Part shown: piece after piece, positions 57,277 to 64,000 of the stretch
How positions within the stretch are numbered: the first letter of the stretch is position 1
Layout: every line of letters starts with the position of its first letter
NCBI GenBank assembly: GCA_020724585.1
Contig: DYGS01000001.1
Coordinates: 2,893 to 66,892, forward strand
DNA from: Candidatus Microgenomatus sp.
Lineage (GTDB): Bacteria; Patescibacteriota; Microgenomatia; UBA8517
DNA length: 64,000 nucleotides
Direction of reading: 5' to 3'
The notes under the pieces: generated by a model
Database searches by the model: none
What the model saw: only the letters and a program-made list of their open reading frames with translations
Told to the model about the DNA's origin: nothing
Translations under genes and position numbers: made by a program

Positions 57277-58935
57277 ATGAAAATAACTAAAATGCATTTT
57301 GTAAAAAAAATTGTTCTGATATTAATGTCTTCACTATTAGTTCTTAGTTCTTCGCTATTAACTCCTGCCATGGCAATGGCAGCCGACCCCGCCCCAAGCA
57401 CTTGGTACAATCAGGGTTTTACTGACTGGTATTCAAAAGTTTACGGCGACGAATCCCCCCCATCTGAAATTTTTGGAGAAAGATATACTGCAGCCCAAGT
57501 TCAATGGATTTTATATTCACTCTTTGCGTTTCCAATTAATTTTTTGGGTAGTAAAGTACAAGGTGCTGTAGCTTGTCTTTACGCTTTTGGACCCGGAAGT
57601 GTGTTTGATAAAACTGCTTGTATTCAACAGACTTTAGAAGCAGCTGGTGACGCTTTTCAGGTACTAAAAATTACAACATCTGTGGGCAACAACACAACAG
57701 AAACTAAAAGTTTTGCTAGCGCAGTATTCCAAGGATATAATAATAGGCCTGTTTCTGGTATAAAATATTTGAACGATACATTTTTTAGACTAAACATTAT
57801 TCAAACAGCCAATGCACAAGGATTTGGATATACCACCGCGATCGATGGTTTAAAAGAATATTGGCAAGGTTTTAGAGATATTGCATATGCCTTATCTGTA
57901 TTGGTAGTTATCATCTTTGCTTTTATGATAATGTTTCGAGTAAAGCTGTCGCCACAACTAGTTATTTCGGTTCAATCAGCCTTACCTAAAATTGTGGGCG
58001 CATTAATATTAGCGACATTCTCATATGCCATAGCAGGCTTTGTGATAGATCTTTCTTATGTTGTGGGTGGGTTATTCGCCTCACTAATGTCACTTGCTGG
58101 TTTTGCACAGTCAATACAAGGTCAAGGGCCAGCGCAAGCAAGTGCTTTTCAAAATGCATTTAATCAAATTATGCCAATTCAAGGAACTCAGGCTGTGGGG
58201 GGTTTCTATATACTTATTTGGATGTTTAGTTATACTATCGTCTTTTTCTTTGCAGCTGCATGGGCACTAATAAGTACAATTTCAGGGTTGTCTGTTTACG
58301 GTGTTTTGGCGGGAGTTTTAATGGTATTACTTACAATTTGGTTACTGATTTTAATGCTGTGGTACACCCTAAAAGTTCCTTGGGTCTTATTAAAAAACTT
58401 AATCAGTTTGTTTGTGTCGATTATAGTTGCACCGCTTCAAATAGTAATTGGGGCACTGGTTCCCACAATTGGTTTTGGGGTATGGTTTAAAAAGATTATT
58501 GCAGAAGCGCTTGTGTTTCCTCTTACTGGTCTATTTATGTTTTTGGCCTTGAAAACGCTTATGGCTTCTTTCGCAGCCAGTACTGGACAATTTTTACACT
58601 ATGAAGACGGCACATTATGGACACCTCCCATTTTAGGATCATCTGAGGATATGGCAGGCATAATTTGGCTATCTGTAAGTTTTGTTTTTATTACTATGAT
58701 TCCAAAGGCAGTTGATATAATGAAGATGCTTATCATGGGTGCCAAATTTGACTTTGGAAGCGCAATTGGTGAAGCTGCACAACCTCTAACTGGTGCATTA
58801 AGACTTTCCTCGGCCATAGGAAATATTGGGAAAGAGATTTCTACAGGGTGGGGTTTTCTTAACCCTAAATCAGACCAAGAAATTGGTGGTGCTAGCAGTC
58901 AGAAAAAATGGTGGGATCCAAGAAAAAAGTCTTGA
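57277..58935 (+). CDS. Polytopic membrane protein, VirB6/TrbL-like (CPR type)
   Basis: Signal peptide; YW..FRDIAY...FMIMFR...LPKIV.ALILATFSYAIAGFVID; many TMs; T4SS-like context. Confidence 0.6.
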   Translation: MKITKMHFVKKIVLILMSSLLVLSSSLLTPAMAMAADPAPSTWYNQGFTDWYSKVYGDESPPSEIFGERYTAAQVQWILYSLFAFPINFLGSKVQGAVACLYAFGPGSVFDKTACIQQTLEAAGDAFQVLKITTSVGNNTTETKSFASAVFQGYNNRPVSGIKYLNDTFFRLNIIQTANAQGFGYTTAIDGLKEYWQGFRDIAYALSVLVVIIFAFMIMFRVKLSPQLVISVQSALPKIVGALILATFSYAIAGFVIDLSYVVGGLFASLMSLAGFAQSIQGQGPAQASAFQNAFNQIMPIQGTQAVGGFYILIWMFSYTIVFFFAAAWALISTISGLSVYGVLAGVLMVLLTIWLLILMLWYTLKVPWVLLKNLISLFVSIIVAPLQIVIGALVPTIGFGVWFKKIIAEALVFPLTGLFMFLALKTLMASFAASTGQFLHYEDGTLWTPPILGSSEDMAGIIWLSVSFVFITMIPKAVDIMKMLIMGAKFDFGSAIGEAAQPLTGALRLSSAIGNIGKEISTGWGFLNPKSDQEIGGASSQKKWWDPRKKS

Positions 58936-58944
58936 TAAAAACCC

Positions 58945-61014
58945 TTATCTACTTCCAACTAAACCAAGAGCGTTTGCGATTGAATTGCCCATTCTAATCA
59001 TAGATCCAATTCTCTGTAGTGTTTTTGCATCTAATTGACCCGACTGATCATTACTTCTAAGCATTTTTATAAGGTCATTATAGTTATCCTCAGCAAACGG
59101 ATTATCCGCTATTGTAAAGGAAATATCTCCACCTTGTAAAGCTTGTAAATGTCCTTGTTTATAGTTAAATTCTGGACCAAGCAAAAAACTCCTAGCCTCA
59201 TAAAGAGGTCTCGTTTTTGACTCAGGGTCAAAAACAATTTTAAGAGCATCGCCCTTATCTGGTGGTTTCGTCTCAAGAGTACTTGCCAATATTTTGGCTT
59301 CTAGAATTCTAATTATCTGTGCACCGGCAATGTCTCTCCCTATCTCACCATCAACTTCTTGGGTACCTAATACCTGAGCACATAACCTCTCTGCTTCTAA
59401 TAAATCATTTAATGCCGGACCGCTCCAAAGAGAAAGATTTTGAGCCATTGGACCACCTGTAATTTTGTTTATCATTTGAGATTGGCGATTAAGTATTTTG
59501 ATATTTGTAACAGCAGAGGCTATTGGCAATCTTATGTTAGGAGGTAGGTCCTTCCCTTCTTTTTCTTCATATAATTCCTTAATCACATTATAAATATCTG
59601 TTGGTCGGAAAGCACTATCTAACATATCTAAAACAATTGAGGCAGAATTTTTATACACACTTTTTAATCTCTGTAATCCTGTTGGGTGTATCACAAAATC
59701 AAAAGGGTCACCACCCCAACCTTTTGGAATCGGCTGTAATTTACTAGGCTTATTATGTAGATCAGATTTATTAACAATATCTACATATTCAGTCCACTTA
59801 TCAACCAAAAAGATGTCGCAAGCGAGCTTTGCTGCCGCTCTCGTAACTCTCGTGTCCATCTCAGCGGTTCTAACCTCTTTTACAAGAACTTTGTCTATAT
59901 AAGCATCAAGTCCACCCTGTCTAGCCTCATCTTTAACAAAATGAATAACTCCATTTGCATTCATATTTATTTTGTCGCTATGAATTGTAATCTTTCTTGG
60001 TGTTTGGTTTTTATCGCCATGCCATTCGCTTTCTCCGTTTTGTTCAATTCCTAAATCCTCCATTAATCTGTCGTAATATTTTCTTATCAAAGGATCATTT
60101 AATAAATTTATTATTTTGTTTGGATCAGCATGTAGCAAATATGCATCATTCTCGTCCTGCCATCCGATATTTGGAGAGCCTTTCTCATTGCTACCAGTTA
60201 AAATTTTTGCATAATCTTCAAATGCACCACCTGATATTTCCATCGCCCTTGCAGAAGCAGTCACTGCCATTGATGCTCTTAAAAATTCATTCGAACTTTC
60301 TAGTTCTGTATTTGTAATTCTTGCACCCTTTTCCTTTGCAACATGTAAGTCCGTTTCATAATTTAAGGTTGCACTTAGCCATCCAGCATTCATTCTTGCG
60401 TTTTTTAAATACAATGAATTAAAAGCATATAAATTTCTAAAAACAAACTTCCGTCTATCTGATTGTTTTTCTGGGTCCAATCTAACAACTAATTCGGGTG
60501 AAACAAGATACGGTTCATTCTGTCCATTTTTAAAAACAGCACCGAGGTATAATGGTTGATCTCTCGCCGGTATTTTTTCTCTGTCATGGGCTACAGTAAC
60601 AACTGATGGGGTATTTCTTTCGTTTGCTACCAATAATTCTTGTCTTTGTTCGATGCGTTCCATCCACAATGCAGCCTCGCCTAAATCTAGACCCTCCTCA
60701 ATCATTTTATCAATCTCATCATGTATCTTCATTAAATAATCTGAATTCACGGATATATCACTTCTACGGGCCAATAATCTTATTTTCATTCGAAGTTTTG
60801 GATCATTTATGTCGTCGAACTCCTTCATGTCTCGCACTAACCAACTTGCCCATTTTTCATCATCTTTACCATTAATTCTACCTTTGTCAAGATTTGCCTC
60901 TATATCTTTACCTATTTCAATTGAACGAGAGATGTTCATTTCAGACCCAACTAATTTAGTAGCCCCACCCACATTGAATTTAACTGGATATTCAGTCGCT
61001 TCTGCCATATTCAT
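58945..61014 (-). CDS. Large hypothetical protein
   Basis: 689-aa ORF, no recognised motif. Confidence 0.7.
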   Translation of the reverse strand: MNMAEATEYPVKFNVGGATKLVGSEMNISRSIEIGKDIEANLDKGRINGKDDEKWASWLVRDMKEFDDINDPKLRMKIRLLARRSDISVNSDYLMKIHDEIDKMIEEGLDLGEAALWMERIEQRQELLVANERNTPSVVTVAHDREKIPARDQPLYLGAVFKNGQNEPYLVSPELVVRLDPEKQSDRRKFVFRNLYAFNSLYLKNARMNAGWLSATLNYETDLHVAKEKGARITNTELESSNEFLRASMAVTASARAMEISGGAFEDYAKILTGSNEKGSPNIGWQDENDAYLLHADPNKIINLLNDPLIRKYYDRLMEDLGIEQNGESEWHGDKNQTPRKITIHSDKINMNANGVIHFVKDEARQGGLDAYIDKVLVKEVRTAEMDTRVTRAAAKLACDIFLVDKWTEYVDIVNKSDLHNKPSKLQPIPKGWGGDPFDFVIHPTGLQRLKSVYKNSASIVLDMLDSAFRPTDIYNVIKELYEEKEGKDLPPNIRLPIASAVTNIKILNRQSQMINKITGGPMAQNLSLWSGPALNDLLEAERLCAQVLGTQEVDGEIGRDIAGAQIIRILEAKILASTLETKPPDKGDALKIVFDPESKTRPLYEARSFLLGPEFNYKQGHLQALQGGDISFTIADNPFAEDNYNDLIKMLRSNDQSGQLDAKTLQRIGSMIRMGNSIANALGLVGSR

Positions 61015-61080
61015 AATTTTACCATTTTATTTATAAAATGGCCAAACTTTGTTTATTATTTTATTCACTTTGTGAAGGGT

Positions 61081-61210
61081 GAGGAGGAAAGAGGGAAAAG
61101 GAATGAGGAAAGAGAGAAAACAGAACAGAGGAAAGAGAAGTGAGGAGAGAGTTAACCACAAAAACTCATTCCTACTTACTCATTCCTGTTTCCTGTTCAC
61201 TCATTCCTAA
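61081..61210. repeat. Degenerate purine heptamer array followed by its pyrimidine complement
   Basis: GAGGAAA/AGGAATG-type units at 61081-61150; TCATTCC/TTCCTGT-type units at 61165-61210, again at 61588-61613. Confidence 0.7.
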
Positions 61211-61573
61211 TTACTTACTTACGCTCTTTATAAGCCCAGCCAACATTCTAGATATCTCCTCATTTCTAGCCACGAACTCCTTTACTTTGTTTCTGTCAAA
61301 TTCTTTCATCTCTGCAATTATTTCCAACCAACAACCGGTTTCGTAATTTGAGCCCCTTGCAATATCTAAAAATAGTTTAAAACTTTTCTTGGAGTTTCTT
61401 CCGTAACCTTCTGCAATATTTGCAGGAATTGATCCAACCGCACGAAATAATTGATTTAAAAGAAACTGCTTTGGAATAGGCAATTTATAATCTGAAAAGT
61501 GTTGAATAATATCAACTGTTAATCGTTTTGACTTTTGATATACAAGAAGTTCTTTGTGTGAAGTTAAACTCAT
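61211..61573 (-). CDS. Four-helix-bundle protein (IVS/Avd-like)
   Basis: ELLVYQKS...QLFRAVGSIPANIAEGYGR...IARGSNYE. Confidence 0.92.
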   Translation of the reverse strand: MSLTSHKELLVYQKSKRLTVDIIQHFSDYKLPIPKQFLLNQLFRAVGSIPANIAEGYGRNSKKSFKLFLDIARGSNYETGCWLEIIAEMKEFDRNKVKEFVARNEEISRMLAGLIKSVSK

Positions 61574-61649
61574 ATCTTAATCATACACTTTCCTCATTCC
61601 TGTCTCCTCTTTTCTATCTAGGAATAGCTTAGAAATCTAATATCTAATT

Positions 61650-62028
61650 TAATCTTATGTTCTTTAGAAAATATTTTTTTAATTCACTCCAATTAAATTC
61701 AACTAACATATTTGGATCAACATCATTTTTTGCATCACCAAAATAAATCAGTGCTTTTTTTAGGTATTAGTTACAAACCGAGAATTTTTAAGGTTTAATT
61801 TTATATATATGTTGCCAAAAATTTTTAGATTTTTTTGAAAGTCTACCATTTGAAATTACATTTTTAATTAACTCCCTATCAAAATTTTTATTAGGTCAAT
61901 CAATTGCCTTGGCATTTCCTAATTCTAGTATTCTATTAATAAAATACTTGTTTTTTAGTTACATCTACTTTTTTTGGATCAATGTCCCAAAAATATTTGT
62001 GAAGTGTTTTTAGCAGCATCATGTTCAT
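61650..62028 (-). pseudogene. Decayed DUF6922/AbiEii-like nucleotidyltransferase TA remnant
   Basis: Fragments LHKYFWDID, INRILELG (frameshift and stop), LSKKSKNFW, then KALIYFGDAK..DPNML...W..LKKYF. Confidence 0.55.
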
Positions 62029-62043
62029 ATTATACTATTTTAC

Positions 62044-63358
62044 TTGTGAAAATGTCGGTCTAGTTGCACCAAAAGCAGTACAGAGTACAAAGAAAGCATA
62101 GAGAAACAATTGTTATATCTATATTTGTGTATACGGAAGATATTGGACGCCTCCAGTAACTTTTAGGGGCTCTTTGATTAAGGAAATTATTGTTTTAGAT
62201 TTAAAATCTTTTGATTTTTTCTCAAAATAATTCATATTTTTTTCAAATTCTGTATCTGTCTTTGCCGCAATTTTAAACTCATACATATGAAGCCCGTTGT
62301 CATGAATAAGTAAGTCAACTTCGTGGCCTTCTTTGTCTCTTAAATAATATAAATATGGTATTTTGCCTTGGTTTATATATTTTTTGATAAATTCACAAAC
62401 CAAGTGGGTTTCATAAAAAGCTCCAGACATTGCTCCTGCTCTCATGGTGTCTGGGCTATTCCACCTAGTTAGAAATGAGGCCAGTCCTGTATCTAAAAAG
62501 TATAATTTCGGTGCTTTAATTATTCTTTTTGTTATATTTGCAAAATATGGACGGAGCAAATAAATTTGTTTTGTAGCTTCTAAAATTGAAAGCCATTCAC
62601 TTGCCGTAGTAATTGGAATTCCTGCATCTCTTGCCATGTCGGAAATATTTAAAATCTGGGCGGTCCTTGCTGCACAAACTTCAATAAAACGGTTAAATTC
62701 TGATATTTTTGTTATGCCGAAAATATCAGACAAGTCTCTGTCTAAATAAGTTTGTATATAAGAATTGAAAAAAGTATTTCTGTCTGGTTTATTTTTTGAT
62801 TGAAAAATTGGAAATCCCCCTTCAAAGATTTCTTCGAAAAGTGATTTTATTTTAAGCTTCTCTTTCTGAGATAGACCCAATAAGTCTAGGATTGCAACTC
62901 TCCCAGCAAGTGACTCTTGAATGTTTTTAATGAGATTAAACTGTTGAGATCCTGTAATCCAGAATTGTCCATTTTTATCTGATCTGTCAACTATTTCCTT
63001 TATCACTGAGAAAAGTTCGGGTGCATATTGTACTTCATCAATAATTACTGGTAATTTTAATTGCTCTATAAAAAGTTTTGGATCATCTTTAGCGCTTCTC
63101 CTTTGGACTACATCATCAAGTGTTACATATGTTCTATTCTCATTTTCTGAAAGTTTTTTTAATAATGTAGTCTTACCAACCTGCCTTGGCCCACCAAGAT
63201 ATACGACCTTAAAAGTTCTACTTGCTCGCAAGACAACTTCTTCTAGCAGCCTAGGTATATAGTTCATATATGACTATATTACATTGACAGCGTAAATTAG
63301 TCAAGCACCAATTTTGTGAAAATGTTGATCTAGTTGCACCATAAACAGTACAGAGTAC
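62044..63358. repeat. 45-bp direct repeat (62044-62088 and 63314-63358, 41/45 identical) flanking an ATPase gene
   Basis: TTGTGAAAATGTYGRTCTAGTTGCACCAWAARCAGTACAGAGTAC occurs twice. Confidence 0.85.
62119..63267 (-). CDS. AAA_14 ATPase with DUF4143 domain
   Basis: GPRQVGKT, IIDEVQ, ESLAGR, GGFP, PKLYFLDTGL, EVDL. Confidence 0.9.
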   Translation of the reverse strand: MNYIPRLLEEVVLRASRTFKVVYLGGPRQVGKTTLLKKLSENENRTYVTLDDVVQRRSAKDDPKLFIEQLKLPVIIDEVQYAPELFSVIKEIVDRSDKNGQFWITGSQQFNLIKNIQESLAGRVAILDLLGLSQKEKLKIKSLFEEIFEGGFPIFQSKNKPDRNTFFNSYIQTYLDRDLSDIFGITKISEFNRFIEVCAARTAQILNISDMARDAGIPITTASEWLSILEATKQIYLLRPYFANITKRIIKAPKLYFLDTGLASFLTRWNSPDTMRAGAMSGAFYETHLVCEFIKKYINQGKIPYLYYLRDKEGHEVDLLIHDNGLHMYEFKIAAKTDTEFEKNMNYFEKKSKDFKSKTIISLIKEPLKVTGGVQYLPYTQI

Positions 63359-63906
63359 TTAGTACAAAGTACATAAATATCACTGTGAAACATTAAACAA
63401 GTTGCAACAAAAGCTTCACATAGTACGATAAAGGTAGTACCTAGTACAAAGTACACAGTACATAATACACAGTACATAGTACATAGTACATAGAAAAAAC
63501 AAACACAAAACATGGTTAATAGTTATAAAGATTTAACTGTATTTCAAAAATCAAAAGCTTTAACTATTGACGTAATCAAATACTTTAAGAAAAATAAAGT
63601 AAATAAATCAAATGACTTTTTACTTAATCAAGTTTTTAGATCTGTAAGTTCAGTTGGAGCTAATTTGGCTGAAGGATTTGGAAGAAACTATAGTCAAAAT
63701 TTTAAACAATTTGTTGGAATTGCTAGAGGTTCATCTTTCGAAACAGAATATTGGCTTGAGATATTATTAGATTTAAATGAATTTGATCAAAAAATTATTA
63801 AAGAATTCATTGAAAGAAATACAGAAATAAACAAAATGTTAACAGGATTAATGAAAAATATGAAAGGAGAATCGACTAAGTACTAAGTACTCTGTACTAT
63901 GTACTG
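63345..63906. repeat. GTAC-core heptamer arrays in inverted orientation around a four-helix-bundle gene
   Basis: Left (AGTACAN)n at 63345-63493; right (GTACTNN)n at 63875-63906. Confidence 0.85.
63512..63886 (+). CDS. Four-helix-bundle protein (IVS/Avd-like)
   Basis: SYKDLTVFQKS...QVFRSVSSVGANLAEGFGR...IARGSSFETEYWL. Confidence 0.92.
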   Translation: MVNSYKDLTVFQKSKALTIDVIKYFKKNKVNKSNDFLLNQVFRSVSSVGANLAEGFGRNYSQNFKQFVGIARGSSFETEYWLEILLDLNEFDQKIIKEFIERNTEINKMLTGLMKNMKGESTKY

Positions 63907-63918
63907 CGTCTTCGACGC

Positions 63919-64000
63919 ATGGAACAACATCCAATACCGCAACAGATAAGTTCATATCAGTTTAAGCTGGTTGGGGATATGACTTTAAAACAGTTTTTCC
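63919..64000 (+). CDS. PrgI-family protein, N-terminus (runs off the window end)
   Basis: MEQHPIPQQISSYQFKLVGDMTLKQFF. Confidence 0.75.
   Translation, partial: MEQHPIPQQISSYQFKLVGDMTLKQFF

Noticed and set aside
61140-61346. 68-aa plus-strand ORF
   Set aside because: Made of repeat DNA plus the antisense of the four-helix-bundle gene.
63345-63493. Possible CRISPR array
   Set aside because: 7-nt-period degenerate repeats without unique spacers; no cas genes.
63301-63513. 70-aa ORF MFCVCFFYVLCTMYCVLC...
   Set aside because: Translation of the GTAC heptamer array; no evidence that it is a gene.
56863-63906. Diversity-generating retroelement suggested by the Avd-like proteins
   Set aside because: No reverse transcriptase and no TR/VR pair differing at adenines seen in the window.

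Overview
A low-GC bacterial chromosome segment (standard genetic code). Gene content points to Patescibacteria/CPR, probably Microgenomates; this is an inference from the tandem class A PBPs, archaeal-type TPI, split transketolase, VirB2-like pilin array and PrgI-like gene. Left to right: a B12-dependent nucleotide operon (nrdJ, DUF1653, MazG, two Nudix, pduO-type adenosyltransferase); two PBP1A genes; a glycolysis/pentose-phosphate cluster; rnhB, a beta-CASP nuclease, dnaG-rpoD; six tRNAs (Asn, Arg-GCG, four Ser isoacceptors), smpB-ssrA; and a T4SS-like/competence region (SpoIID-like hydrolase, eight tandem pilins, a Cys-rich secreted protein, dprA, yraN, comM, a VirB6-like gene, prgI). Four intact toxin-antitoxin pairs and several deletion remnants are interspersed. 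The most unusual signals are non-coding. (1) Sigma70 promoters with a (CA)n tract in the -35/-10 spacer, with 17- versus 19-bp variants, drive orphan genes and flank TA modules. (2) Four-helix-bundle (Avd/IVS-like) genes are bracketed by inverted short-period repeats, and related heptamers are inserted in frame in housekeeping genes. (3) A shared ~50-bp mini-element follows two tRNAs (weaker copy after tmRNA), with a duplicated 3' end. (4) A cobalamin riboswitch precedes an uncharacterised Zn-ribbon protein. (5) A promoter-driven structured small RNA converges on a DUF3800-like gene. All family calls come from motif recognition by eye; no searches were run.
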